DNA of 64,000 nucleotides from an uncultured Acidobacteriota bacterium (GCA_963770895.1 CAVYRF010000001.1:160001-224000), one strand, 5' to 3'; positions 53,955 to 64,000 are shown, counted from the first letter of the stretch. Translations and numbers: made by a program. Notes: generated by a model not told the origin, from the letters alone.

Positions 53955-55727
53955 TTACCCGGCTCCCAGCCGGCCGGCGCGGCGCAGGCGGGTGAGGTGG
54001 GCCAGGATCTGGCGCATGGCGAGCGGGTGGGCCGCGGCCGGCACGTCGTCGTAGACCGTGGCCAGCATCTCCTGCGGCTCGTGCTTGCCTTCGCTCCAGG
54101 CCTGGAGCACCCGCTGCTCGCGCCACAGGCGGTGCTCGGTGTATTCGGCCAGCTTGGCGGCGGCGTTCTTGACCGCCGGACCGTGGCCGGGAAAGAGCGT
54201 CCGCGGCGCCAGCGCGCTCATCCGGGCCAGCGACCCCAGGTAGTCGTCCATGTCGCCCTCGGGGGGATCGACGACGATGGTGCCCAGGCCGGCCACCATG
54301 TCGCCGGCGAGGAGCGACCGCTGGCCGTGCTCCAGGAAGCACAGGTGGCCGCGCGCGTGCCCCGGCGTGTGCACCACCTCGACCACCATGTCGGGCGCGT
54401 CCTCGCCGCCGCTGCTGCTACCGGGGCCGGCGCCGCGCAACGTGTGCCGCTCGCCGTCGCGCAGCTCGCCGTCGAGGGTGCCGTGGGCCGCCAGGCGCTC
54501 GGCGGTCGCGGCGTGAGCCAGCACCGGCACGCCGAGCCGCTGGCGCAGCTCCGGCACGCCCGCCACGTGGTCGGGGTGATGGTGGGTGAGCCAGATCGCC
54601 GTCACCCGCCGCCCCAGCCGCTCGCGGGCGGCCGTCAGGGCGGCCAGCAGGCGCTCGATCTCGGCCGGGTCGGCGGCGCCCGGATCGACCAGCACCGCCT
54701 CGCCGAAGCCCAGCAGGTAGGCGTTGGTGGTCATCGCCGGCGGCAGCGTCCGGGTGGCGAGCGGGAACATCAGCACGCCCGGCCGCAGCTCCACCCGCAG
54801 CAGCGGCCCCAGCCTGGCCTGGCGCGTGTCGCGCAGGTGCGGCAGCCCCGCCGCCGGGCCCTCCTCACCCAGCACCTGCAGCAGGTGCAGGATGGGCGGG
54901 GCCGCCAGGGTGTCGCCGCGGTGCCAGGTCTGCCAGGCCGCCGCCGGGTCGATCCATTCGCCCGATTCCAGCTCGCCGGGCAACACCTGCGGCTGCACCG
55001 CTTCGCCGGCCGGCCATTCCAGCAGGAAGAAGCGGTTGTCGAAGCGCAGCGGCGCGAAGGGCGGCGTCAGCCAGCGCCCGGCGTAGACCAGCCGCGACGC
55101 ATCGGCCTCCAGGCCCAGCCCGGCCAGGATCTCGGCAAACGGCTTGCCGGCCAGCAGCTCCTGGCGCGCCGCGGCCAGCTGCTCGGGCGCCGGCCCGCCG
55201 CCAGCCGACTGCGCTCCGCCGCCGGCGTCATCGGTGGCACCGGCGCCGCTCGCGGCGCCCGCGCCGGTGGCGGCGGCCGGCCGGGCGAGCAGCAGGCCGG
55301 TCTCCTCGAACAGCTCGCGGATGGCGCATGCCAGGATGCCCGGCGCCAGCGCGGGGGTCTGCCCGTCGCCAGCGTCGTCGGCGGAGGCCTGCCTGCCATC
55401 CGCGGCGCCCGCGGCGTTCGGGGGGGGCGGGTCGGCCGGGGCCGCCGGGTCGCCCGCGCCGGCGGGCGGGACGACCTGGACCGCCGCGTCCGTGCGCGCC
55501 AGGCCGCCGCCCGGGAAGGCGTGCCAGCCGCCCATGAACGGCAGCGCTTCGCTGCGCTTGATCCAGAACACCTGGATGCCGCCGCCGCCGGCTTCCGTGG
55601 CGCGGCGCCATGGCACCACCGCCGCCGAGGCGCGGGGGGGCGGCAGGCTGCCGCCCGCCGCGGGAGCCTGCTTTGCCAATCCCTGCAGCACCGCTTCGTA
55701 GACGTTGCCCGCCGGCGTTTCGCTCAT
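53955..55727 (-). CDS. NUDIX + metallo-beta-lactamase fusion protein
   Basis: FPGG...AIRELFEETG; THHHPDH, HTPGHARGH, GDM, PGHG; C-terminal winged-helix-like region. Confidence 0.88.
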   Translation of the reverse strand: MSETPAGNVYEAVLQGLAKQAPAAGGSLPPPRASAAVVPWRRATEAGGGGIQVFWIKRSEALPFMGGWHAFPGGGLARTDAAVQVVPPAGAGDPAAPADPPPPNAAGAADGRQASADDAGDGQTPALAPGILACAIRELFEETGLLLARPAAATGAGAASGAGATDDAGGGAQSAGGGPAPEQLAAARQELLAGKPFAEILAGLGLEADASRLVYAGRWLTPPFAPLRFDNRFFLLEWPAGEAVQPQVLPGELESGEWIDPAAAWQTWHRGDTLAAPPILHLLQVLGEEGPAAGLPHLRDTRQARLGPLLRVELRPGVLMFPLATRTLPPAMTTNAYLLGFGEAVLVDPGAADPAEIERLLAALTAARERLGRRVTAIWLTHHHPDHVAGVPELRQRLGVPVLAHAATAERLAAHGTLDGELRDGERHTLRGAGPGSSSGGEDAPDMVVEVVHTPGHARGHLCFLEHGQRSLLAGDMVAGLGTIVVDPPEGDMDDYLGSLARMSALAPRTLFPGHGPAVKNAAAKLAEYTEHRLWREQRVLQAWSEGKHEPQEMLATVYDDVPAAAHPLAMRQILAHLTRLRRAGRLGAG

Positions 55728-55772
55728 GGCCGGCTTATATCAGCTGAGCGCGGCGCGGCCCAAGCGATCCCC

Positions 55773-55821
55773 ACCCGCCACCCGGCATCCGTCACCAGGC
55801 ATCCGTCATCCGCCATCCGGC
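55773..55821. repeat. Seven degenerate heptamer tandem repeats, intergenic
   Basis: ACCCGCC ACCCGGC ATCCGTC ACCAGGC ATCCGTC ATCCGCC ATCCGGC. Confidence 0.6.
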
Positions 55822-55907
55822 CCCCCGCCAGCACCAGCGGCGTTAGAATGTCACCTGAGCGTCACGGTGGCGCGAGAAGCAGACATCCACAACGGGAGCG
55901 CGACCTG

Positions 55908-57965
55908 ATGAAACCAGATGCCGTCGTCCGATTGACCCCGGGCAAGCGCGTGCTGTTCCTGACCAAGGACCCGGACCTCATCCGCCGCCAGCTGCGGGGC
56001 GAGCTGGACCTGCGGATGGCGGACCTGACGGTCGATCAGCTGCTCGACGACATCAATACCGACGCCATGACGCCGGCCTGGGTCTGCTTCAGCCACCGGC
56101 CCGAGGACATCGCCCGCGACGCCTACGCCGGGTTGATCGTCGACAGCAAGCGGTTGTTCGAGCGCGACGCGCTGATCGACGGCAACTTCGAGGTCATCGT
56201 GTCGGGCCTGCGCAAGGGCGTCGGCAGCTCGCGCGAAACCGCGGTGCAGGCGGAGAAGTGGTCCGGCATCCGCATCGCCATCGCCGCCTCGTTCGCCCCC
56301 ATCCACGCCCGCAACAACATCAGTCAGGGCGTGCTGATGGGCAACCACGACCAGCTGCGGCGGCTGCAAAACGGTGAAGGCATCCCGCTGGCCGAGTTCT
56401 ACGCCGGCTACGACCCCATCACCCGCATCGTCGGCGAGCACGGCGGCCTGTTCCCGTTCTCCAAGGCGCTGGCCGCCGGCACGGTCGACCTGCCGCGGCC
56501 GCAGACCGCGGCGCGGCCGATGACCATGGCGGAAAAGCTCCTGGCCCGACACCTGCTGCCGGCGGCCGCCGGCGACCCCGGTGAGCTGGGCGACCCGGGC
56601 GACGCGGGCCAGGGCTACGTCAAGCCGGGCGACGCGGTGGTGGTCAACGTCGACGGCGGGTATTCGCACGAGTTCACCACCGCCCAGGTGCACTACTTCC
56701 TGGAGCAGGAGCACGGCGCCGCCTACACGATCAAGAACCCGGCGCGGTTTGCGGTCTTCGAAGACCACCTGATCTACGCCGACGAAGTGCCCAAGATGCG
56801 GCCCTTCGCCGAGAAGATCGAGACCCTGCGCCAGCTGCAGCGGGAGTTTCAGGCGCACACCGGGGTGCGCAACTTCGCCGCCCAGGGCGGCCTGTCGCCC
56901 GGCATCTGCCACGAGGTGGCGCGCGAGGCGTTGATCGAGCCGGGCGATTTCATCCAGGCGACCGACAGCCACACCTGCATGGGCGGCGTCAACAACGCCC
57001 TGACCTGGGGCGTCGGCGCCACCGAGTACGCCGACCTGATCCATTCGGGCTTCACCCAGGTCGAGGTGCCCGAATCGATCCGCTTCGAGCTCACCGGCAA
57101 GCTCCAGACCGGGGTCACCGCCAAGGACGTGATGCTCTACATCCTGCTCAACTACGCCAAGCGGGAGATGACGCTCGACCGGGTGATGGAGTTCACCGGT
57201 CCGGGTGTGTCGACGCTGTCGATGGACGAGCGCGCCACCCTCACCAACATGGCGACCGAATGCACCGCCAAGACCGCCATCGTCATCGCCGACGACGAGA
57301 CCTTCCGCTGGCTGGCCGAATGGCGTCCCGACGCCGATGCCGCGACGCGCGAGCGCTGGCGCAGCCGCGCCGTCGCACCCGACGCGGAGGCCCACTACCA
57401 CGGCGGCGTCCACACCATCGACCTGTCCGCGATGCGGCCGATGGTCGCCCATCCCGGCGATCCCGACCGCGGCATCCCCTCCGATCCCACCAATGGCGCC
57501 TGGGTCGACCAGCTCGGCGAAGTGAAAATCGACATCGCCTACGGCGGCAGCTGCACTGCCGGCAAGATCGACGACCTGATCTTCTACCACCAGGTGGTCA
57601 AGGAGGCCGTCGACGCCGGTCTGCGCGTCGCTCCCGGCGTCCGCTTCCTCATCCAGTGCGGCTCGGCGGCGGTGGAGGCGTTCGTGCGCGACAACGGGCT
57701 GGCGGACACCTTCGAGCGCGCCGGCGTGACGCTCATCCATCCCGGTTGCGGCGCCTGTATCGGCTGCGGTCCCGGCGTCTCCGAAACCCCCGGCGAAGTC
57801 ACCGTGTCGGCGATCAACCGCAACTACAAGGGACGGTCCGGTCCGGGGAAGCTCTGGCTGGCGTCGCCCCTGACGGTTGCCGCGTCCGCCTTCACCGGCA
57901 CCATCACCGCCTATCGGCCGGGGATGTTCGCCCACCTCGCGCACGGCGTGCCCGCGCTGCGCTGA
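55908..57965 (+). CDS. Aconitase/isopropylmalate-isomerase family protein, swivel (LeuD-like) domain fused N-terminal to a LeuC-like domain
   Basis: INTD, GSSRE; then MTMAEK, DSHTC, GSCT, CGACIG, NRNYKGR, LASP. Confidence 0.88.
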   Translation: MKPDAVVRLTPGKRVLFLTKDPDLIRRQLRGELDLRMADLTVDQLLDDINTDAMTPAWVCFSHRPEDIARDAYAGLIVDSKRLFERDALIDGNFEVIVSGLRKGVGSSRETAVQAEKWSGIRIAIAASFAPIHARNNISQGVLMGNHDQLRRLQNGEGIPLAEFYAGYDPITRIVGEHGGLFPFSKALAAGTVDLPRPQTAARPMTMAEKLLARHLLPAAAGDPGELGDPGDAGQGYVKPGDAVVVNVDGGYSHEFTTAQVHYFLEQEHGAAYTIKNPARFAVFEDHLIYADEVPKMRPFAEKIETLRQLQREFQAHTGVRNFAAQGGLSPGICHEVAREALIEPGDFIQATDSHTCMGGVNNALTWGVGATEYADLIHSGFTQVEVPESIRFELTGKLQTGVTAKDVMLYILLNYAKREMTLDRVMEFTGPGVSTLSMDERATLTNMATECTAKTAIVIADDETFRWLAEWRPDADAATRERWRSRAVAPDAEAHYHGGVHTIDLSAMRPMVAHPGDPDRGIPSDPTNGAWVDQLGEVKIDIAYGGSCTAGKIDDLIFYHQVVKEAVDAGLRVAPGVRFLIQCGSAAVEAFVRDNGLADTFERAGVTLIHPGCGACIGCGPGVSETPGEVTVSAINRNYKGRSGPGKLWLASPLTVAASAFTGTITAYRPGMFAHLAHGVPALR

Positions 57966-59343
57966 GGCTCGCCCGAGCGGCCGGCGGCGCGGCGGTCGCG
58001 GTCGCCGCAGCCATCGGCGGACGCGGTTCGGCCGCCGCCGCCCGCGGTGCCGCCGGCGGGCCGCCGCCGGGATCGGTCGGCCGGCGACAGGCGTCCAGCT
58101 TGGCGGTGAAGAAGTCGCGTTCGGCGCGGCTGCGCGCCAGGTCGAGCGCCGCCGCAAAATGCGGTGCCGCCTGGGCCGGCCGGCCCGCCAGCAGGTGAAA
58201 CTCGGCCAGCGCCGCGGGCAGGAAGGGATAGTCCTTGAGCCTGGCCGCGTCGGCGATGCGGCCCAACTCAGCCAGGCCGATTTCAGGCCCGCGCGCGTGG
58301 CCCAGGGCGATGGCGCGGTTCAGGGCGACGATCGACGTGGGCGTCAGCTGATACAGCAGGTCGTAGATCTCGACGATCTTCCCCCAATCGGTGCTTTCCC
58401 AGGTGGCGGCGGCGCAATGCTGGGCGGCGATGGCCGCCTGCAGGTGGTACTCGCTCAGCTCGCTGCCCGTCGCTGCCAGGGTAAGGAAGTGGAACCCGCG
58501 CGCGATCAGCTCGCGGTCCCACCGCGTGCGGTCCTGGAGCGCCAGCTGGATCAAGCCGCCCTGCTCGTCGATCCGGCCCGGCAGGCGCGCCGCGTGAAAG
58601 CAGAGGAGCGCCAGCAGGGCGTGGGTTCCGGGTGTCCTCGCCAAGGGGTGGTCGTCGAGCAGCAGCGCCAGCCGGATCGCTTCGCAACACAGCTCCTGGC
58701 GCACCATGCGGTCGGGGCGGCTGCCGTGGTATCCCTCGTTGAACAGCAGGTAGATGGCCTGGTGGATCACGTCGAGGCGGGCGGGGATCTCGGTGGCTTC
58801 GGGGATCGCGACCGCCGTGCCGGCGGCGCGAAAGAATTGCCTGGCCCTGCCCAGGCGCTTTTCGATCGTATCCTGGCCGGCCAGCAGGGCGTGGGCGATC
58901 TCCGCGACGCTGAAGCCGCACAGGGTCTTCAGGATCAGGGTCACCTGCGCCGCGGTGGACAGCTCGGGATGGCAACAGGCAAACATCATGCGTAGCTGGT
59001 CGTCCTCGATCTCCTGATCGAAAGCCGGCGCGGCCGCGGGCAGCTCCTCCCGCAGCCGCAACAGGTGGATCAGCTCGGGAGCGAACAGGCGAAACTGATC
59101 GTCCCGCCGGACCAGGTCGATGGCGCGGTTGCGGGCGACCCGCATCAGCCAGGCGGAGGGGTTTTCGGGCACGCCGTGCATCGGCCACAGCTCGAGCGCC
59201 CGGCACAGCGTGTCCATCACCACGTCCTCGGCCAGCTCCAGCCGTCCCAGGCCGAAGACTCTGGCCAGATACGAAACCATCTTTCCCGCCTCGCGGCGGA
59301 AAAGATGGTTGACCAGCTCGGGCACGCTGCCTGTAGCTTCCAT
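57904..59343 (-). CDS. ECF sigma factor with C-terminal DUF6596/TPR extension
   Basis: LAEDVV, SAWLMRVARNRAID, LRMMFACCHP, YLLFNEGY, QDRTRWD, LNRAIA. Confidence 0.88.
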   Translation of the reverse strand: MEATGSVPELVNHLFRREAGKMVSYLARVFGLGRLELAEDVVMDTLCRALELWPMHGVPENPSAWLMRVARNRAIDLVRRDDQFRLFAPELIHLLRLREELPAAAPAFDQEIEDDQLRMMFACCHPELSTAAQVTLILKTLCGFSVAEIAHALLAGQDTIEKRLGRARQFFRAAGTAVAIPEATEIPARLDVIHQAIYLLFNEGYHGSRPDRMVRQELCCEAIRLALLLDDHPLARTPGTHALLALLCFHAARLPGRIDEQGGLIQLALQDRTRWDRELIARGFHFLTLAATGSELSEYHLQAAIAAQHCAAATWESTDWGKIVEIYDLLYQLTPTSIVALNRAIALGHARGPEIGLAELGRIADAARLKDYPFLPAALAEFHLLAGRPAQAAPHFAAALDLARSRAERDFFTAKLDACRRPTDPGGGPPAAPRAAAAEPRPPMAAATATAAPPAARASLSAARARRARGGRTSPADRR

Positions 59344-59410
59344 CGGTTTGGCGTCGTTTGGCGTCGTTCGGCGCCGTCGGGCGCCGGGCGCGTCGCCTGG
59401 CGTTTCTGCC

Positions 59411-59758
59411 TTACATCGAGATCGTCGGACGGATCTCCACGGTGCCGTCGGCATCCAGGATGGGACAGCCCTTGGACAGCTCGACCGCCTGGTCGAGGTC
59501 CTTGGCGTCGATGATCACATAGCCGGCAATGGTGTCCTTGGATTCGGCATAGGGCCCATCGGTGACGGTCTTGTTCTTGCCGCGGACGACCTTGCCCGTA
59601 GAGTCAAGGCGCTCGCCGGCTTGTTGGATGTGGCCGTTTTTGGTGAGGGTCTCCATCCAGCCCATCCACTGCTGCATGACCTGCTGCATCTGCTCGGGGG
59701 ACATCGAGCGCGTCGCCAAATAGGTGTCATTGCGGAACAGGAACATGAACTGAGCCAT
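59411..59758 (-). CDS. YciI family protein
   Basis: TDGPYAESKDTIAGY, VEIRP; upstream of the ECF sigma gene. Confidence 0.9.
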   Translation of the reverse strand: MAQFMFLFRNDTYLATRSMSPEQMQQVMQQWMGWMETLTKNGHIQQAGERLDSTGKVVRGKNKTVTDGPYAESKDTIAGYVIIDAKDLDQAVELSKGCPILDADGTVEIRPTISM

Positions 59759-59900
59759 TGCGGGTCTCCGTTTTCTTGTTGCCGTCTGGTTTCCTGGGGA
59801 CGCCCGATCCGTCGGGCGCTTTCACCCATACGACGAGTGGCGACGCGAGAACCGGACAGTGCTCAGGAGCGCCGTCGCAATGGCGGCCGGGGCCGCCGCC

Positions 59901-61745
59901 TCAGTTCGCGCTGACCACGCAGATGCCGTCGCCGGCCCAGGTCTTGAGCTGGACCGGGGTCATGGGGAGCATGGGGTTGGGGTAGCCGTGGGGGAAATTG
60001 CTGGAGTAGCCGTTGACCACCGGCACGTTGGCTTGCAGGCCGGCCCACATGGCTGCCAGGTGGCCGACAAAGAACGTGCTCCCCGGCTTGATGGGAGCAT
60101 AGATGGCGCGGCACCCTGGGGGGATGCGCGCCTGGATGCGCTGGACGCGGGCGAAGAAAGGCTTTTTGGCCCCGGCCGGCAGGCCCTTGACGTGCTGCTC
60201 GGCGATGCCGAAGACCACCAGCCCGGCCAGCAGGACGCAGCCGGCAAGGCGCGGCAACCGGCCGTGGTGCTCCAGGCGGTCCCGCACCCGGCGCAGCGCG
60301 CCTTCCGTCCCGCCCATGGCGAAAGGGATGGCCAGCAGATACACCACCGTCCAGATGCGCGCCACGGCGCGAAAGGCGGCGCCGCCGGGGACGTGCTTGA
60401 ACACCGACCACCAGAGGGTGATGGCGGGGTACGCGCGGCGCAGGTGCCACCCTTCGAGCGTGAAGCGCGGCCACACCAGCGAAAGCGCGATCAGCACCAG
60501 GACGCTGGTGGCGCACGCCAGCAGAAAGCGCGGGTCAGGGATCGCTCGGCGGTGCGTGTTGCCGGCGTCGGCTGGCGTCTGCGCCGTGAGCTTGTCGCGG
60601 CTTGCGAATGTTGCGGACGCTGCGGACGCTGCGGATGGAGCGGACACTACGCATGGAGCGGACGCCGCGGATGGAGCGGGCGGTGCACAGGGAGCCGGTG
60701 GGCGGCGCCATCGGGCGAGCAGGTGCAGGGCCGCGACGATGCTCAGGCCGATGAGGGTGAAACCGGCGAACAGGGAGCGCTCCCACGGATTCTTGGAGAT
60801 GGGGGCGAGGACCGGCAGCAGGTGGCCGTAGATACTTCCCTGCGCCACCGTGAACCACAGGCTGGGGCTGGGCAGAAAGATCGCGACGTCGTCCCAGGAG
60901 CGGTAGCCGAACTCCTTGCCAGCAATCAGGAACGGGCGGAAGCTGGCATAGGTCAGGCCCAGCCAGGCGAGGATCGCCAGGCCACAGTACAGCGGCCGGC
61001 TGCGCGCGAAGGCCGCCAGGCGCCGGGCCGCCGCGGGGTCGTACAGCAGCCACAGGGGCACCAGGATCGCCAGCCCGAACAGCAGGAACCAGCCGAGATA
61101 GATCCCCGCCATCAGCTGCAGGTACAGGACCACCAGCAGAGCGGCCAGCCTGAGCCGGCCGGGAGAGGCCAGCAGGCGATAGAGCGCCAGCAGCACCAGC
61201 GGGCCAAAAAACGCGGTCAGAATGTGCAGATGCCCCATCTGCAGGACGCGCGGCATGCCGAAGGCAAAGATGTAGGCTCCGAGCGCCGTCAGCGCCGGCC
61301 TCACCCCAAGGCCTGCGAGCAGCACGGCCATCGTCAGGAAGCAGAGGACCACGCAAGCCAGCACCACGATCTGATAGGCCAGGACGGGTGAGCACCACGG
61401 CCGTGCCAGCGCGTAGATGGGCAGCACTCCCGCCATGTGCTCCGAGTATGCCAGCACGCCATGAGCGGGGTAGAAGAACGGTGGCGACCAGAAGGTGCCG
61501 ACGTAGCCAGGGACGGTGAGCGAACGCAGCTCGTGCTCCAGCAGGTAGGCGCTCAGCAGGGGATCGCCGATGTCGGATTGCAGGCCGTTAAAGTGGCTTT
61601 CCAAGGTCGGCTTGCTGGTGTTCCACAGCCCGGCCAGACCGACAACCACAAAGAGGGCGGCGACCAGCGCTCGCGCGGCGCGCTGTGCCGGGGGGCGACG
61701 CCGGACCGCGTCGTGCCGGGCCGCGTCATGCGATGCCGGAACCAA
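59901..61745 (-). CDS. Multi-pass membrane protein, probable GT-C glycosyltransferase (YfhO-like)
   Basis: GDPLL, FFYP..LAYSEH, FRAVARI, VVNGYS; many TM segments; start uncertain. Confidence 0.65.
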   Translation of the reverse strand: MVPASHDAARHDAVRRRPPAQRAARALVAALFVVVGLAGLWNTSKPTLESHFNGLQSDIGDPLLSAYLLEHELRSLTVPGYVGTFWSPPFFYPAHGVLAYSEHMAGVLPIYALARPWCSPVLAYQIVVLACVVLCFLTMAVLLAGLGVRPALTALGAYIFAFGMPRVLQMGHLHILTAFFGPLVLLALYRLLASPGRLRLAALLVVLYLQLMAGIYLGWFLLFGLAILVPLWLLYDPAAARRLAAFARSRPLYCGLAILAWLGLTYASFRPFLIAGKEFGYRSWDDVAIFLPSPSLWFTVAQGSIYGHLLPVLAPISKNPWERSLFAGFTLIGLSIVAALHLLARWRRPPAPCAPPAPSAASAPCVVSAPSAASAASATFASRDKLTAQTPADAGNTHRRAIPDPRFLLACATSVLVLIALSLVWPRFTLEGWHLRRAYPAITLWWSVFKHVPGGAAFRAVARIWTVVYLLAIPFAMGGTEGALRRVRDRLEHHGRLPRLAGCVLLAGLVVFGIAEQHVKGLPAGAKKPFFARVQRIQARIPPGCRAIYAPIKPGSTFFVGHLAAMWAGLQANVPVVNGYSSNFPHGYPNPMLPMTPVQLKTWAGDGICVVSAN

Positions 61746-61828
61746 GAGAGGTGGTCTGCGGGCGGGAGAGGAGCCAGGCGGCGGCAGGTGGGAACCCCGA
61801 CCTGCCGCCCGAGCGATCGGCGCGGAAG

Positions 61829-62320
61829 CTACTGGAAGTAGCCGGTCACGTCCAGCACGACCTGCACCGTGCTGCCGGTGGCGGCGCCCAGGATGACCGA
61901 CAGGTCGTCGGCATTGGTCGAAAGCGGCACGATCGCGCCGTTGGCCAGGGCCCCGTCGGCAGTGGTGAAGTTGATCGTCGACACGGTGGGCAGCGATTGC
62001 CCCGACGGCCACAGGGCGAGCCAGCCGTTGCCGGAGGTGAACACCGGCGACACCGCCGTGACGTTGAGCGCCACCGCCGCGGCGGTGGAGGGCACGCCGC
62101 AATTACCGCGGATCGCAAAGTTGCGGGTTTGGCCGGCGGTCAGCTGAGGACCACCGTCGGTGCCGGTGGCATTGCGGGTGTCCACGACCCGGCAGGGGGT
62201 CACGGGGTAGTAGTCGTAGGGTCCGCCGGCATGTGCGGCGGAGGTCGCCACGACCAGCTTGGCAACACCAACCGTCAGCAACGCTCCCAACATCCAACCA
62301 CGTCGTACAGACCTCAGCAT
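61829..62320 (-). CDS. Small secreted protein, standalone PCRxxDTR domain
   Basis: AAAGGAG RBS; signal peptide ending AHA; TPCRVVDTR...CGVP...NVT...DVTGYFQ. Confidence 0.75.
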   Translation of the reverse strand: MLRSVRRGWMLGALLTVGVAKLVVATSAAHAGGPYDYYPVTPCRVVDTRNATGTDGGPQLTAGQTRNFAIRGNCGVPSTAAAVALNVTAVSPVFTSGNGWLALWPSGQSLPTVSTINFTTADGALANGAIVPLSTNADDLSVILGAATGSTVQVVLDVTGYFQ

Positions 62321-62633
62321 AACGACTCCTTTTTATGCGCACAGCAGAGGGGGCGCTATTCTGCGATAGCATAACCTCAAGTCTGTGACGAGTCAATCTT
62401 CTTTGTCAGCCCCCAGCGTACTTCCCGCCAGGCGGGCGCCGCTGTTACAAACTTCACACGCCCGGCTGCTAGCTGCCGGCCGCCCACGCCAGGCCGCGAA
62501 CGGTTGGCCGCGGCAAGCGGCTGGCCGCGAACAGGTTGCTGCAATTGGCTAGCGGCCCGTACCGATTGCGGCGCCATCCACTACGAATTGCACTGGTGCA
62601 GGCCACTATCCGCAAAGGCCTGACTGCAAACGG

Positions 62634-64000
62634 CTACTGGAAGTAGCCGAAGATATCCACCAGCACGTTGCAAGTTCCGCTCGACTGGGTCACTTCGATG
62701 GAGGCGTCGCCCGACGCGTCCAGGCCCAGGATCGAGTTGTTGGCAAGGATGTGGCCGGACCTGTAATTGAGCGTGGTCACGTTGGCCGGCGGCGTCGCGC
62801 CGGTGCCCGGCCAGGCCACCAGTGTGCCGCTTGCGGGCGGCGCCACCACGGTGATGTTGGCGGCGATCGCCGCCGCGCCCACCGGCACCCCGCACTGGCC
62901 GCCCAAGGTGAACACGCGCTGCGTGCCGGAGCTGAGCGCCGGGCCGCCGTAGGGACCGCTTGCATTGCGCGTATCGACCGCGCGGCAGGGCGTCAGGGAA
63001 TAGAAAGAGGTGCGCCCGCTGGGATAGAGCCCGGTGTGGCGCGCGTTCTGATGGTACGTCCCCCACGGCCACGTGGTGGGAACCTTGGGGTTCCACACGA
63101 AGACTTCGGTATCGGACGTATCCGAGCTATGGGGCGAGGAGATCGCCACCACCTCCACCGCCACCCCGTCGGCTTCCCAATCGAGCGTTTCACCGCCGCG
63201 GTCCGCCGCCGGAGTGAAGAAGCTGAAGCTGCCGGCAAAGTGCGTTCCGTCATCGCTCAGCTGGGTGCCGTTGGCGGCGTCCAGCACGGAGAGCTCCGTA
63301 TTGTTGGTGTCCAGCACTTCGAGCCCGCCGTCGCCGATGACGTCCGCCACCAGCGGATCTCCGGCGCTGACGTTGCTGGTGCCGAAGTAGTTCTTGGGTG
63401 CCGTCTTCCACAGCAAGGTGCCGTTGCCCTGGAACGCATAGACGTGAAACGCGGTGCTGGGCGAGCTCATGTCGTCGGTGACGATGACTTCGGGGTTGCC
63501 GTCGCCGTTGATGTCGGCGAGCGCCGGCGAGGTCGAAACCTGGCCGTCCACCGACACCGGCCAGCCGGCGGCGTAGGTGCCGTCGGGTTCGAACGCGTAC
63601 ACCTTGTGCGAGCCGTTCGGCCAGTAGGTGCCGGTGCCGACGACGATTTCAAGCCTGCCGTCGCCGTTGATGTCGCCCACCGCCGGCGAGCTGGTGATGA
63701 CCTGGTCGACACACTTGGGGAAGCCGGTCAGCTCCGTGCCGTTGGGGTGGATGACGTGCAGGCAGCCGCCGTTCGGCGTGTTGTAGGGCGCGCCCTCCTG
63801 GTGGGCGTCGGCGCCGATGATGATCTCCAGGTTGCCGTCGTTGTCGACGTCGGCCAGGGCCGGCGACGAGAAGATGGTGTCGCGCACGAAGATCGGCCAG
63901 CCCGGCTTGTCCGCGCCGGTGCTGCCGTTGACCAGGTAGATGTGGGCGTCCAGGGAGCCCCAGGCGACTTCGGTGATGCCGTCGTGGTCGACGTCGGCGA
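62634..64000 (-). CDS. FG-GAP/VCBS repeat protein with C-terminal PCRxxDTR domain, 5'-truncated
   Basis: Repeated SSPA(L/V)xD(I/V)xxDGxxE(I/V) motifs; TPCRAVDTR...DIFGYFQ; frame open to the window end. Confidence 0.85.
   Translation of the reverse strand, partial: ADVDHDGITEVAWGSLDAHIYLVNGSTGADKPGWPIFVRDTIFSSPALADVDNDGNLEIIIGADAHQEGAPYNTPNGGCLHVIHPNGTELTGFPKCVDQVITSSPAVGDINGDGRLEIVVGTGTYWPNGSHKVYAFEPDGTYAAGWPVSVDGQVSTSPALADINGDGNPEVIVTDDMSSPSTAFHVYAFQGNGTLLWKTAPKNYFGTSNVSAGDPLVADVIGDGGLEVLDTNNTELSVLDAANGTQLSDDGTHFAGSFSFFTPAADRGGETLDWEADGVAVEVVAISSPHSSDTSDTEVFVWNPKVPTTWPWGTYHQNARHTGLYPSGRTSFYSLTPCRAVDTRNASGPYGGPALSSGTQRVFTLGGQCGVPVGAAAIAANITVVAPPASGTLVAWPGTGATPPANVTTLNYRSGHILANNSILGLDASGDASIEVTQSSGTCNVLVDIFGYFQ

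Noticed and set aside
53736-55907. N-terminal 724 aa of the 1409-aa aconitase ORF
   Set aside because: Antisense to the NUDIX-MBL gene; the real start is ATG 55908 after a GGGAG RBS
57904-57965. 62-nt convergent overlap of the ECF sigma and aconitase genes as antisense regulation
   Set aside because: The ECF tail is low-complexity read-through typical of high-GC genomes

Overview
High-GC bacterial chromosomal window. The taxon is inferred to be Acidobacteriota, Thermoanaerobaculia-like, from an IPTL-CTERM protein, PCRxxDTR-domain secreted proteins and KLxLxRETL-leader peptides. Most of the window is housekeeping or accessory genes: a CzcCBA-type heavy-metal RND operon (czcA has a 1-nt frameshift) headed by a CxxC/RAPP leader ORF, a TPR-Ser/Thr kinase, a DrrAB-type ABC exporter with two glycoside hydrolases, lon, transporters, ada-alkA, hydrolases, a permuted aconitase-family enzyme, an ECF sigma/YciI pair and a surface-protein locus. 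Two visibly lower-GC islands stand out. The first (about 12.6-16.7 kb) holds an intact IS630 element and a translationally coupled DUF262 (ParB/GmrS-like) + HipA-kinase pair with no HipB, the best candidate for an undescribed defence/TA system. The second (about 32.8-35.5 kb) holds a split DUF433/DUF5615 TA pair around an orphan gene with a consensus sigma70 promoter and a structured 3' RNA. Two orphan lanthipeptide-like precursor peptides sharing a leader motif lie about 39 kb apart with no modifying enzyme in the window. No CRISPR array, rRNA or complete tRNA was seen. All family calls come from motif recognition by eye, without database searches.
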